DNA of 46,991 nt from a virus (taxonomy: Duplodnaviria; Caudoviricetes): the IMG/VR virus record IMGVR_UViG_3300030613_000003, positions 1-46,991 of that record; one strand, written 5' to 3'. Both the position numbers and the translations under genes were made by a program. A model generated the notes under the pieces. That model was not told where the DNA came from. It saw only the letters and a program-made list of their open reading frames with translations, and did not search any database. Below, piece by piece: positions 7,165 to 17,243 of the stretch; the first letter of the stretch is position 1, and each line of letters opens with the position of its first letter.

Positions 7165-9053
7165 CAGACTTAAAACCTCAACTTAGGGAACCGTTTCCGA
7201 GTATGCCGGAAATATGGGTCTGCCCCAAGACTGGTCTGAAAGTTCCCAAGAAAGACCCGATAAGGAATATCGAATACCGAGAGAAAATTTTACGGTCGGC
7301 AGAGTCCGACTTCGGTATGCAGAGTGACCTGATGGCTGCCTGTAAGGAATCGTTTTTATATTGGGTGAACACCTTTGTCTGGACTTACCATCAGTTTGAT
7401 GCCGAGGGCGACACTGGACAGCGAGTTGTTTCTGGAGATGCAAACGCACCGTTTATTACTTGGGAGGTCCAAGATGATTTGGCCGGACGGCTCGAATGGC
7501 ATTTTGCAAAGGCCCAGGACATTTTGATAAACAAGTCCCGTGATATGGGTGCATCTTGGGAGTGTGCCGCGTTTTTGCATTGGCTGTGGTTGTTCAGGCC
7601 GGATAGTCAACTTCTTGAAATGTCGAGAGTGGAGGGTTATGTAGACCAGCCGGGCAATATGAAGGCTTTGTTCCAGAAACACGATTACATCAATAGTTGG
7701 TTGCCGTCTTGGATGTTGCCGCCTGACTGCTTATATGGCCACAAGAACCGCACCAAAATGCACCTGATGAACGTGCTGAACCACAGTTGCATTGACGGCG
7801 AGTCGACCACGAAACACGCGGCATCAGGCGATAGACGGTTGATAGGATTGTTGGATGAATTTTCTAAAGTAGAGAACGGCACAATGATTCGGTCGGCCAC
7901 ACGTGATGCGTGCCTGATGCGGATTATAAATTCTACCGTGTCCGGCCCCGGCACCGAATATAGTAAGTGGAAGAATGATGGAACGATTGTGGTGTTCCCG
8001 TTGATGTGGTGGGACCATCCAGAAAAGGGCAAGAACCGATACGTGGCCCAGGAACCCGTTACGAAAGCGTGGAAAATTCGGTCGCCCTGGTATGATGCCG
8101 AGGAAAAGGTCCGGTCAAAACAGGAAATGGCCAGGGAAATTGACGCCCAGGACCTTGAGGCCGGATCGACGTTTTTCACGATAGAAAATATCGTAAAGCA
8201 TATTGCCCTATTCGGCAAGGAGCCGAAAACCAGGTGGACGGTGGATTTCAAGAAAGCGATTGCGAACAGTACGATACCGTCGTTGATAACCAAAAAAGAC
8301 CTGAGTAGTCTGGTGGTGTCAAGGTCAAAAGATAGTCCGTTGCGGGTATGGGTCGAACTGATAGAAGGTCGTTTTGATCAAACAATGGACTATATTTTTG
8401 GTATTGATCTGAGTAAGGGCCAGGGGGCGTCGAATTCTGTAATTTCTATTAAATGTAAACAGACCAATCAGAAAGTTGCCGAGTGGCGGGATGCCAACAC
8501 GCCACCTTATGAAATGGCCCGTGTTGTCGCGGCCCTGGCGATATGGGTTGGCGGCAGGCGAAAACTCCCGCATTTGAAGTGGGAGATGAACGGGCCGGGA
8601 TGGGATTTCGGTAAAATAGTTGTTAAGGAGTTTCATTATCCATATTATTATAGAAATGTAAAAGCCGGTGATATACGTGATAAGGTGTCAAGACAATATG
8701 GCTGGCACGCTGGTACGAGTTCCAAACAGGAATTATTGGGGGCCTATGACCGAGCGTTGTCTTGCGGCGGTTACGTGAATCCGTCCATTTGGGGTCTTGA
8801 AGAAGCCAAGATGTATATCTGGTACCCTGACGGTGGAATAGGTCCGGCTCAGCTTGTTGAAGAAAATCAATCTGCCAAGAAAACTCACGGGGATGTGGTT
8901 ATTGCCGACGCTCTTACTATCGAGGAAAAAGTTTACGGCCCGGCCAAACAGGCGGGACCAGTGGCCCCGACAAGATCGGCGGCGTACCGCAGGCAACAGA
9001 AAAAAGAAAAGAAGTCAAATAAATGGAATAAAGTGTTTGACTTTAGAAGGTAA
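7161..9053 (+). CDS. terL: Terminase large subunit
   Basis: Walker A-like NKSRDMGASW, Walker B LLDEF, nuclease GIDLSKG and HGDVVIA. Confidence 0.92.
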   Translation: MTDLKPQLREPFPSMPEIWVCPKTGLKVPKKDPIRNIEYREKILRSAESDFGMQSDLMAACKESFLYWVNTFVWTYHQFDAEGDTGQRVVSGDANAPFITWEVQDDLAGRLEWHFAKAQDILINKSRDMGASWECAAFLHWLWLFRPDSQLLEMSRVEGYVDQPGNMKALFQKHDYINSWLPSWMLPPDCLYGHKNRTKMHLMNVLNHSCIDGESTTKHAASGDRRLIGLLDEFSKVENGTMIRSATRDACLMRIINSTVSGPGTEYSKWKNDGTIVVFPLMWWDHPEKGKNRYVAQEPVTKAWKIRSPWYDAEEKVRSKQEMAREIDAQDLEAGSTFFTIENIVKHIALFGKEPKTRWTVDFKKAIANSTIPSLITKKDLSSLVVSRSKDSPLRVWVELIEGRFDQTMDYIFGIDLSKGQGASNSVISIKCKQTNQKVAEWRDANTPPYEMARVVAALAIWVGGRRKLPHLKWEMNGPGWDFGKIVVKEFHYPYYYRNVKAGDIRDKVSRQYGWHAGTSSKQELLGAYDRALSCGGYVNPSIWGLEEAKMYIWYPDGGIGPAQLVEENQSAKKTHGDVVIADALTIEEKVYGPAKQAGPVAPTRSAAYRRQQKKEKKSNKWNKVFDFRR

Positions 9054-9056
9054 ACT

Positions 9057-10835
9057 ATGCCTGAATTGATGATAGCGTCAAAATTTGCAAATGCGGTGAA
9101 AGAAGGATTCGACCGCAATAAGAGGTTCCGTAAGGCCAGGGCGATGTTCATAAAGGAATATGTTGGCCGGTATTACGCCAATGAATATGGTCTTACCGGT
9201 GAGGAACCTATCAATCTGATTTTCAACACAATCAGGTCGCTTGTTCCAAATCTTGTTATGCAGAACCCTATCAATAAGGTTGAGACAGATATGATTCCAT
9301 ACCGGGATTATGCCTTTCTTCTGTCTAAGGCACTTGACCAACTTGGAAACAAAATCGACCTCAAGACCATTCTCAGACGAGGTATTGTTGATTCTCTGTT
9401 CACGTTGGGTATTTTTAAGACCGGCCTGGCTCAGGGCGGCAAGATGTTGAACTTCGGCGATATTCAGGTTGACGAGGGCCAGATATTCACCGACGTAGTG
9501 GATTTCGATGATTTCGTATATGACTCAAGTTGTCGGTCGCTTGACAAGGCGGCGTATCTCGGTGATTGCAACCGTGTGTCGCGGCAGATACTTTTGGATG
9601 ATAATGAATTCAATCACGATCTTGTAACGAAGTTACCGAGATCGAGACACCCTGATGTCGGTCGCAGAGTTGAGGCCATATCACAGTCCAATCTGTCAAA
9701 CCAGGAAATTTATGAACTACAAGATTTCGTGGATGTGGTGGAGATATTTGTTCCTGGGTCCGAAGCCCTTATTACCATTCCTGATCCCCGGCAGGCGATA
9801 TTCCAGGATTATCTTGCCGCCCGTGAATACTATGGCCCGCAGAACGGGCCGTATACGTTCCTGGCTCTATCCCAACCGGTTCCGGGAAATCCGTTGCCGG
9901 TCCCGCCGGTAAGCGTGTGGTACGATCTGCATATTATGTCCAACCGGCTGATGAGCAAGGTTATGACCCAGGCTGACCGGCAGAAGGATGTCGGTGTATA
10001 TGATCCCGGTAACGCAGATATGGCCGAGGATGTCAGAACGAGTGAGGATGGTGATTTAGTCGTGGGTTCACCGGATTCTGTTAAAGTCATATCCTTCGGT
10101 GGCCAGAATCAGAAAAACGAAGCTGTATTGGGCCAGTTGCAGGTTTGGTATAATTATATGGCCGGGAATCCCGACCAGATGGCCGGGCTTGCGTCAAACG
10201 CCGAGACTGCTACCCAGGCACAGATTTTGCAGGGTAATGCCAATATCACGATTCAGGATATGCGTGATATGATCGACGACTGCTCGGCTGAAATCAATGG
10301 CAAACACGCCTGGTATCTGCACACGGACCCGTTGATAAATCTACCTCTCAGTATTCGTCAGCCGGGCGGTAGGGAAATTCAGTTGACCCTGACCCCAGAA
10401 CAGAGACGGGGCGAATGGTTTGAATATACGTTCAAAACAAAACCTAAATCTATGCGGCGTCTTGATCCTATGGTCCGAGCGAAACGTATCATAGATTTTG
10501 GGACTAATACGCTACAGTCTGTGATGATGTCCGGTCAGGTGGCGATGCAGATGGGCCTGCCGTTCAACATCCAGGAAGCCCTGAGTGACATTGCCGAGGA
10601 ACTTGGGATTCTGGATGAGGTTCAGGATTGGTTCGTGGACCCGAATTTTATGCAACGAATTCAGATAATGATGGCCCTGGGGCCACAACCGGCGGGAAAG
10701 GCGGGTCCGGCGGGGACTGCACAGAATCAGGGTTCCCCGACAAGGCGACCAGTGACGAGTCCCGCGACCGAGATGAGGCGGGGTTCACAGATGGGGGCAA
10801 ATGATAGTCAGAGTATGAATCAGGGGGTCTATTGA
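9057..10835 (+). CDS. Portal protein
   Basis: 592 aa after TerL; INLIF..LVP and ETATQAQI motifs as in P22-like portals. Confidence 0.85.
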   Translation: MPELMIASKFANAVKEGFDRNKRFRKARAMFIKEYVGRYYANEYGLTGEEPINLIFNTIRSLVPNLVMQNPINKVETDMIPYRDYAFLLSKALDQLGNKIDLKTILRRGIVDSLFTLGIFKTGLAQGGKMLNFGDIQVDEGQIFTDVVDFDDFVYDSSCRSLDKAAYLGDCNRVSRQILLDDNEFNHDLVTKLPRSRHPDVGRRVEAISQSNLSNQEIYELQDFVDVVEIFVPGSEALITIPDPRQAIFQDYLAAREYYGPQNGPYTFLALSQPVPGNPLPVPPVSVWYDLHIMSNRLMSKVMTQADRQKDVGVYDPGNADMAEDVRTSEDGDLVVGSPDSVKVISFGGQNQKNEAVLGQLQVWYNYMAGNPDQMAGLASNAETATQAQILQGNANITIQDMRDMIDDCSAEINGKHAWYLHTDPLINLPLSIRQPGGREIQLTLTPEQRRGEWFEYTFKTKPKSMRRLDPMVRAKRIIDFGTNTLQSVMMSGQVAMQMGLPFNIQEALSDIAEELGILDEVQDWFVDPNFMQRIQIMMALGPQPAGKAGPAGTAQNQGSPTRRPVTSPATEMRRGSQMGANDSQSMNQGVY

Positions 10836-11020
10836 TGCCGTTCAAAAGTCAGGCACAACGCAGACTGTTTTATGCCGCAGCCAGTGGCAAGGAAACTAAG
10901 GCTGAAGGGTTAAGTCAATCTGAAGCCAAGAAGTTTATTAAGGATAGCGGACAACAGAAAGGTCTCGAAAGAAGGGTCCAGAAACGGCTGGATAGGACCT
11001 TCAAGAAAAGGAGAAAATAG
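10835..11020 (+). CDS. Small basic protein
   Basis: MPFKSQAQRR N-terminus; TGATG coupling. Confidence 0.75.
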   Translation: MPFKSQAQRRLFYAAASGKETKAEGLSQSEAKKFIKDSGQQKGLERRVQKRLDRTFKKRRK

Positions 11021-11271
11021 TGGCCAAGCCAATAGCCGACCCAAAAGACGTGACGGTGGAATACGTTGAACCGGCAAAAAAGAAAACACCTATTCGTGGT
11101 TCTGTACGGACTGGTAAATCGTGGGTACAGACCTTGAAAAAGGATGTCGATGCCGAGTTCAAAAAGGCTCGTATTGAGCGTAATAAAAGGGCCTACGATG
11201 TATTACACGAAATCGGTATTTCAGACAAAGAAATGGCAACCATACGAATATATCCTCCGAGGAAACCATAA
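11020..11271 (+). CDS. Hypothetical protein
   Basis: AAGGAG RBS, coupled ORF. Confidence 0.7.
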   Translation: MAKPIADPKDVTVEYVEPAKKKTPIRGSVRTGKSWVQTLKKDVDAEFKKARIERNKRAYDVLHEIGISDKEMATIRIYPPRKP

Positions 11272-11642
11272 TGTTTTTCTATTCGTTTATTTGTGAAAAG
11301 TGTGGCCGTAAACTGGAATTACTCCGTGAAGTTGGGAACCGTAATGATATTGCTCTTTGTAGTTGCGGTGAAAAAATGTATCGTGATTTCCAGACTGATT
11401 TACCGGCAGTGGGCGGCGGTGCCAAGAAATACCGCAGGCCAATCGTGTCGGATTCTTTGGCTGTGAATCCGAGTCAGGTGGAGGAACATCGTAAATTGTT
11501 TCCTGATGTGAAAATTCTGGATGATGGCAGACCGGTATTCGAGGATTTTAGGACACACGATATGTATTTGGAAAAGACAGGTTTTGTGAAACAGAGACAG
11601 AAAATAAAACACAGAACCAAAAAAGCAACGGCCACAGAGTAG
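11271..11642 (+). CDS. FmdB-like zinc-ribbon protein
   Basis: YSFICEKCG...CSCGEKMYR. Confidence 0.75.
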   Translation: MFFYSFICEKCGRKLELLREVGNRNDIALCSCGEKMYRDFQTDLPAVGGGAKKYRRPIVSDSLAVNPSQVEEHRKLFPDVKILDDGRPVFEDFRTHDMYLEKTGFVKQRQKIKHRTKKATATE

Positions 11643-11673
11643 TGGCTCTTACCCTTTATTTGGAGAAATAGTT

Positions 11674-12735
11674 ATGCCATTGGAAGAACACAAAAAGTCA
11701 AAGGAATTGGACGAAAAGGCTCTGGAAAAACCGGAGTTGGTCGAGAGTGTCCAGGCGAAATTAGACGCCCTGAATACCACGCCAAATGTTCCAGAGAAGT
11801 CGGCAGTATCGGACGACGATGATGAAACTGAAGATTCTACCCCTGCGGTCAAAACCGATGAAAAGGTTGTCGAGGACCAAAAGGCAGAATCTAAAGAAGT
11901 TGTCGAGGATTCTACCCCGGCTAAAGAAGGTGAGAAAACACTGCCTGATGCTTTTAAGCGGGCGGCAGTGCATCAAGGATGGAAATCAGAAGATGTTGAT
12001 GAATTCTTTGGTGCCAATCCAGATGCGGCGTTGAGAACATTCGAGAATATCTACAATTCTACGAATACCCTGTCGCGGCACTTTGCGGATCTTGGTAGAG
12101 TCCAACGTCAAATGGAAGCGGCAAAGAACGAACCCCAGAAGATTGAAGCCAAGAAAGTCGATGTCGAGAAACTCAAGACAGAATACGATCTTGACCCGAC
12201 TACTGTTGCTGCCCTTGAAGAACAGAACAGGCAGATAGACACTTTTGTCGCCGAAAGGAACGCACCGAAGCCAAGTGTAGAACGCGAAGTGGTGCGGGGC
12301 AAAGTGGCTGCCGACGCTATGGTAGAGCAACAGATAGCGAATTTCTTTGAGACCGAACCGTTGAAGCCGTACAAGAAATTTTATGGTGAACTCGATTTGG
12401 GTATGTCTTGGCAGGATTTGAGTGCGGGGCAAAAAGCAAACCGTTTTAAGGTCCTCGAACAGGCTGATTTGATGATAGCCGGTTCCGCCTTGCAGGGGCG
12501 TGTGCTTACGCCTGCGGATGCTTTGGAACTCGCACATCTACTTGTGACCGAACCCGTGCGTGAACGTGTGATACGCGAACAAATTAAGGATTCGGTTGTC
12601 AAGAGGACCAAGACCCTGAAACCTTCGACAAAGAAAGTTGACATCTCTGATAGTGGCAAGGATGGTAAACCTAAAACACGTGAAGAACTGATTGAACAAA
12701 CGAACAGGAGACTGGTCAAAGTGTTCAGTCGTTAA
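11674..12735 (+). CDS. Capsid scaffolding protein
   Basis: Acidic low-complexity N-terminus, coiled coil, directly before the capsid gene. Confidence 0.75.
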   Translation: MPLEEHKKSKELDEKALEKPELVESVQAKLDALNTTPNVPEKSAVSDDDDETEDSTPAVKTDEKVVEDQKAESKEVVEDSTPAKEGEKTLPDAFKRAAVHQGWKSEDVDEFFGANPDAALRTFENIYNSTNTLSRHFADLGRVQRQMEAAKNEPQKIEAKKVDVEKLKTEYDLDPTTVAALEEQNRQIDTFVAERNAPKPSVEREVVRGKVAADAMVEQQIANFFETEPLKPYKKFYGELDLGMSWQDLSAGQKANRFKVLEQADLMIAGSALQGRVLTPADALELAHLLVTEPVRERVIREQIKDSVVKRTKTLKPSTKKVDISDSGKDGKPKTREELIEQTNRRLVKVFSR

Positions 12736-12745
12736 GGAGTAACAA

Positions 12746-13849
12746 ATGGGTGTAAAAAACGTAGATTTGGCGGACCTCATTGCAACTACTCTTGAAGATT
12801 TGCCCAAGCAATACTTCGAGGTTATGTGGGACGATAGTGAGTATGAGTTCTGCCGGATATATCAGAGTGAAAGAATGGAAGTGGATGGTGGTACTTCTAT
12901 TCAGCGAAAGGTGATGTTTAATCCCACCGGAAACGCCAGGTACCGTCGGTTGTTTGATACTGACGAACCCGCCGTGAGCGACGTTATGCACACGATTGAC
13001 GTGCCCTGGACTCAGGTTGGAACACACTATTCGTGGGAAAGACTTGAGATCCTCCGCAACAAGAGTTCGGCGAAGGGTTTTATCAAGTTGCTTGAAGTGC
13101 GGCGTATTGACGGCCTGTGGAGTTTCGCCAAGTTGATCGAGGAACGCGGCTGGAAGACCCCGACCAGTGCAACCGATGACTTGTATCCTTACGGTGTGCC
13201 GTATTACTTGAATATGGTCACGGCTGATTCCACAACTGGCGGATTTGTGGGCCAGACGATTCGTTACCAGGATGCCACTACGGGCACAACCTGTGCCGGT
13301 ATCGACGCCAGTTCGGAGGCCAAGTGGCGTAACTATGCGGACGTATACACGAAGATCGACAATGCTCTGTTGAAGAAATTCCGTGTGGCGTTTATGTTGA
13401 CGCGGTTTAAGGCACCACTATTTGTGAATGACCCGGCCCAGAAACGTAATGCCGCGAAACGTATCTATACAGACTCGACTAATGTTGCCGAATTGATGGA
13501 CCTGGCGGATGCGAAGGACGACAACCATAGCGGTAAGGAAGTTCTCGGCAACCTTCGAGTTGATGACGGCGGTTTGGTCACTATCAATCGTCTGCCGGTT
13601 CAACATATAACGGAACTTGAAAGTGTGACCGATCCCGTGACAAGTGACGCTACGAGTCCTATCTACTGTGTGGACTTCGAGAAGTTTATTCCTTACGTTC
13701 AGGAAGGTTACTGGATGGAGGAAGGCGAGCCGATGACGGACCGGAGCCAGCACACTACGTTCACGATATTCCTGGATGGTTCGCATAACAACCTGTGCGT
13801 AAACAGGCGGACGGCTGGATTCGTAATCCACAAGCCAATTACTTCTTAA
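12746..13849 (+). CDS. Major capsid protein
   Basis: 367 aa, strong AAGGAG RBS, position; ATTL..GGTSI..W..KLLE pattern of HK97-fold capsids. Confidence 0.85.
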   Translation: MGVKNVDLADLIATTLEDLPKQYFEVMWDDSEYEFCRIYQSERMEVDGGTSIQRKVMFNPTGNARYRRLFDTDEPAVSDVMHTIDVPWTQVGTHYSWERLEILRNKSSAKGFIKLLEVRRIDGLWSFAKLIEERGWKTPTSATDDLYPYGVPYYLNMVTADSTTGGFVGQTIRYQDATTGTTCAGIDASSEAKWRNYADVYTKIDNALLKKFRVAFMLTRFKAPLFVNDPAQKRNAAKRIYTDSTNVAELMDLADAKDDNHSGKEVLGNLRVDDGGLVTINRLPVQHITELESVTDPVTSDATSPIYCVDFEKFIPYVQEGYWMEEGEPMTDRSQHTTFTIFLDGSHNNLCVNRRTAGFVIHKPITS

Positions 13850-13953
13850 TGGATAGGGTTTGTCGTAATATGAATAGAAACATTAACTCGTGGCCAGATA
13901 TTTAACAAGTATTTTATCGTGTCCGCGTTGTTCGGACATTTGAAAGGAAAGTT

Positions 13954-14757
13954 ATGACTCAAGGTAAAGCTAAAGTCAATTACCTTAATCGAGAAGGTCT
14001 CGTAGCCGTGCAGAACGCACCAAGTTGGGATTTTTTATATGAAGTCTCGTTGGTTAAGAATCCTAATTACAATCTTGGAGACCGTGTAGTATTGCCGGAT
14101 GGCCGTGAATTTCGCTATGCTAAAAATGCTGGTTCTGCTGCCCTCTATGCTGCTCACGGTTGTGAGTTCACATATACTGGCTATACAGCCTACACAGCGT
14201 TTGCTGTCTCAGCGGCGATTGGGGCCAGAGAAATTACAATTCCTGCCGCGACTCACGCCGCTTTAACGGAAGATGAATTGCGTGGTGGGTATGTGATTAT
14301 TTTCGATGGTGCCTCTGATTATTATACCACGACCAGAGGTATTATTGGAAATGATGCTGCCGCCGCCAATGCCTTGTTTAAGATTCGTCTTGACGCTGCA
14401 ATTACGTATGCAATCACGGCAAGTACATCGGCCTGTGAAGCATACCAGAATCCGTATGCGGCTTTGACAGTTGGTGCGGATGCAACTAAACCAAAAGCAG
14501 GCGTGCCCGCCTCTTATGTGTCTGCATCTGCCTCATATTTTTGGGTGCAGGTGAAGGGTATTACTTGGGCTGCCCCGCAAGGTACGGATTCAGATAATGG
14601 CGGCGTAGCTCGTGTATGGAGGCATAACGGCGGTCTTGAATCTTTGGAAACGGCTTATGCCATAACGGTTGCCACTGCCGATACCTCACAATATGCTGGT
14701 TATTGTGTTTCTGGTAGTCCTGGTGGTAATGGTCCGTTGTTTATGTTGCAAGGTTAA
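13954..14757 (+). CDS. Capsid decoration/cement-like protein
   Basis: LGDRV..DGREFRYAK...YFWVQVKG pattern; follows the capsid gene. Confidence 0.65.
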   Translation: MTQGKAKVNYLNREGLVAVQNAPSWDFLYEVSLVKNPNYNLGDRVVLPDGREFRYAKNAGSAALYAAHGCEFTYTGYTAYTAFAVSAAIGAREITIPAATHAALTEDELRGGYVIIFDGASDYYTTTRGIIGNDAAAANALFKIRLDAAITYAITASTSACEAYQNPYAALTVGADATKPKAGVPASYVSASASYFWVQVKGITWAAPQGTDSDNGGVARVWRHNGGLESLETAYAITVATADTSQYAGYCVSGSPGGNGPLFMLQG

Positions 14758-14764
14758 TACTAAC

Positions 14765-14810
14765 GCCCAAAGCCCGCTCCCTTCAGTGCGGGGCGGGCTG
14801 AGGGCTTTTT
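14765..14810 (+). terminator. Rho-independent terminator-like hairpin
   Basis: GCCC..AGCCCGCTCC/GGGGCGGGCT..GGGC followed by TTTTT. Confidence 0.65.
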
Positions 14811-14831
14811 CCCGCACTTGAAAGGAGAATT

Positions 14832-14993
14832 ATGAAGTTAGAAGAAGCAAGGAATATGATTGACAATCTGATGTCACAGAGCCGTTTAATACGACAGGAC
14901 CACGCGATATTGATGGAAGCCCTGAACCTGCTGTATACGACTGCTATGGACAAACAGGAAGAAAAGTCTATACCTGTCTCGCCGGATGCCTAA
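14832..14993 (+). CDS. 53-aa hypothetical protein
   Basis: AAAGGAG RBS; MKLEEARNMIDNLMSQSRLIRQDHAILMEALNLL... Confidence 0.75.
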   Translation: MKLEEARNMIDNLMSQSRLIRQDHAILMEALNLLYTTAMDKQEEKSIPVSPDA

Positions 14994-15002
14994 TCCGGGT
15001 GG

Positions 15003-15033
15003 GGCTACCGGGGAACCGTCCCCGGTAGCCTTT
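15003..15033 (+). terminator. Perfect 12-bp hairpin, possible terminator or processing site
   Basis: GGCTACCGGGGA-ACCG-TCCCCGGTAGCC-TTT. Confidence 0.55.
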
Positions 15034-15047
15034 ATTGGAGATTTAAG

Positions 15048-16322
15048 ATGGCGGAACCAACTTCGGCCCTGACGTTTGAGGACCTGATTCTTGCTGTAGC
15101 AGAGAAACTACGGGTGGAGAATTTCAGGACTAATGCCACTGCATATATCCCAACGGATTTATACAATTTTAACCTGTGCAAACGATATGTGAACAATGGC
15201 ATACGTATGTTTATGGCCGACCGTCCGAAAAACGGATGGCGGTGGATGCGGAGAATCTGTTCGGTCACAACGGCTGCGACCATTACGGGCACGGCAACCG
15301 CAGGTTCTACAACCACACTTACTGACAGCGAGTTGGAGGACGACTATGCAGACGACTATTTTAATGGTTATTCTCTTTACATTACTGCTGGTACTGGTAT
15401 TGGGGAATCCATCGCGGTGACGGATTACGACGGGTCAGACGGTAAATTCACGTTTGCCGCCAGGACCGCCCTTGACACCACGACCGAGTATTCTATCTGC
15501 CCGTCCGCCAACGCGATAAACGGAGACGGGGCACGGTATATGCTACCCGCGAACTTCGGTGGAATGGTGGATGGGCCGATTAAATATGCGGCTGATAGCA
15601 ATCACGCGATAGATATTCAGTGGTGCGACGAGTCGGTGATTCGGGCAAGAAGGGCCGTGACCGTGAATTCCGGGTATCCTGCACTCGCGGCTGTGCGTGC
15701 GTATCAGCCGACCAGTGAAACGCTCGGCTCCTCGCGGCGATGGGAACTGATTGTGGACCCGCGACCGATAGGTGCCGAAGTATTGGAGTTTCCGTACACC
15801 CTAAATTTTGACAAGTTAAGGATGGAAGTGGGAACGGCCACCAGTGCCGGTGCAACTGCTATCGCTGATACTTCAAGGACTGAACCAAATGACTTTTTTA
15901 ATACCTGGGTGATTGAAATAATCAATGGTACAGGTGTAAGTAGTTATGCTGTCGTTACTGATTACGTCAAATCAACCGGTTCGTTCAGTGTGGCTGATTG
16001 GTTGGATGAACAAGGAACCGCAGGAGGAACCGATCCGGGAACATCGAGTGTGTATATGGTCGAACCCGCCGCAAATTTGCATCCGGCGGGATTTCAGTTT
16101 GACGACGTAATACACGCTGCGTGTCTGGCCCGAACCGAGATGGAATCACAGGACCAGCACGGGGACACGTTCTGGTCTGAGTATTATATGAAAAAGGCCC
16201 TACCAAGTGCCTGGCAGATTGACGCACGGTCGGGGCCGAGAAAATTGGGTAATATGGGCGGTCGTACAGGACCAGTTCGGGAACGTACCTGGCTGGATGT
16301 CACTACCGACCACGATGTATAA
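15048..16322 (+). CDS. Putative head-tail adaptor with two inserted repeat domains
   Basis: Position; LTFEDL..VN.G..F..W.W adaptor-type N-terminus; duplicated GTAT..D.FN..I..GTG..VTDY. Confidence 0.6.
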   Translation: MAEPTSALTFEDLILAVAEKLRVENFRTNATAYIPTDLYNFNLCKRYVNNGIRMFMADRPKNGWRWMRRICSVTTAATITGTATAGSTTTLTDSELEDDYADDYFNGYSLYITAGTGIGESIAVTDYDGSDGKFTFAARTALDTTTEYSICPSANAINGDGARYMLPANFGGMVDGPIKYAADSNHAIDIQWCDESVIRARRAVTVNSGYPALAAVRAYQPTSETLGSSRRWELIVDPRPIGAEVLEFPYTLNFDKLRMEVGTATSAGATAIADTSRTEPNDFFNTWVIEIINGTGVSSYAVVTDYVKSTGSFSVADWLDEQGTAGGTDPGTSSVYMVEPAANLHPAGFQFDDVIHAACLARTEMESQDQHGDTFWSEYYMKKALPSAWQIDARSGPRKLGNMGGRTGPVRERTWLDVTTDHDV

Positions 16323-16385
16323 ACGGTAGAAGGGGTCGTACCCTGTACCCAACGGGTCTCTGAAAAACGGGACAAAGGAGATTTT

Positions 16386-16952
16386 ATGAATCCAGCAACT
16401 TTTCTCAAGAACACAGAAAGAATCATCACCGGTCAAGGCTTCAAGCGGGTTATCCAGGGTCTTGACATCAACGCCCTGCGGGATGCGGATGGCACCATCC
16501 TGACGGCATCGACCGAACCATCGCGTGAGGCTTTGGAGACGTACTCGATTGGTGTGGTGGTTTCATCCAGTCAGACGGACTTGGGCAACTTGGCGTTTCA
16601 GGTGCCGCGTGATTATGACCAAACTATCGACAAGATGTACGTGCGGTTCCTGGCCAATTCGGGCGGGACTACCGATGCCCCGACGATAGACGCCACTCTG
16701 TACCAGAAGAAAATAGGGACGGCCCTATCAGCCGACCTTGATCCGACAATTTCCGCCGCAGTTGCGAAAACGTCTGCGACTACCGGTGCGGGTTGGGTTG
16801 AAGTAGCGGCAGAGGGTGAGGGTTTGGTGGCTGGTGCTTCCGTATCGTGGTTTTTCACGACCAGTGCCCACACGACCGATGCCCTGAATGTGTACGCCCT
16901 TGAGGTTGTGTACTATTCCGATCTGGCGTATTATGACCCTGATTTACGTTAA
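16386..16952 (+). CDS. Putative virion structural protein
   Basis: AAGGAG RBS, beta-rich 188 aa. Confidence 0.7.
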   Translation: MNPATFLKNTERIITGQGFKRVIQGLDINALRDADGTILTASTEPSREALETYSIGVVVSSSQTDLGNLAFQVPRDYDQTIDKMYVRFLANSGGTTDAPTIDATLYQKKIGTALSADLDPTISAAVAKTSATTGAGWVEVAAEGEGLVAGASVSWFFTTSAHTTDALNVYALEVVYYSDLAYYDPDLR

Positions 16953-16972
16953 TACCCCTCCCTGGGGAAATA

Positions 16973-16998
16973 TGGCCCCCGGCACCGTCTGGGGGCCA
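16973..16998 (+). other. Intergenic GC-rich hairpin
   Basis: TGGCCCCC...GGGGGCCA. Confidence 0.5.
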
Positions 16999-17017
16999 GC
17001 TATTATAGGATAAAAAT

Positions 17018-17242
17018 ATGGAATTGTATTTTCCCTTCAAGGGCATACATAAAGGGTTCCTGTACGATAAACAGATTCCCGGCACTACTCCTGGCATCAA
17101 TAATATGCGGCCCTGGGATAGTATCGGGAATCGGATTCGTGGGGGCCAGCGTCCGGGCTTAGACAAGTGGGGTGTTGGGACCCGAATCGGGATAGATGAG
17201 AAACCAGTCGTGGCGATGTGCATAGTAGCGAGTGTAAGTTGA
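17018..17242 (+). CDS. Small structural protein resembling the N-terminus of a tail nozzle/stabilisation protein
   Basis: FPFKG...N.RP...RGGQRPGL.K. Confidence 0.6.
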   Translation: MELYFPFKGIHKGFLYDKQIPGTTPGINNMRPWDSIGNRIRGGQRPGLDKWGVGTRIGIDEKPVVAMCIVASVS

Positions 17243-17243
17243 T

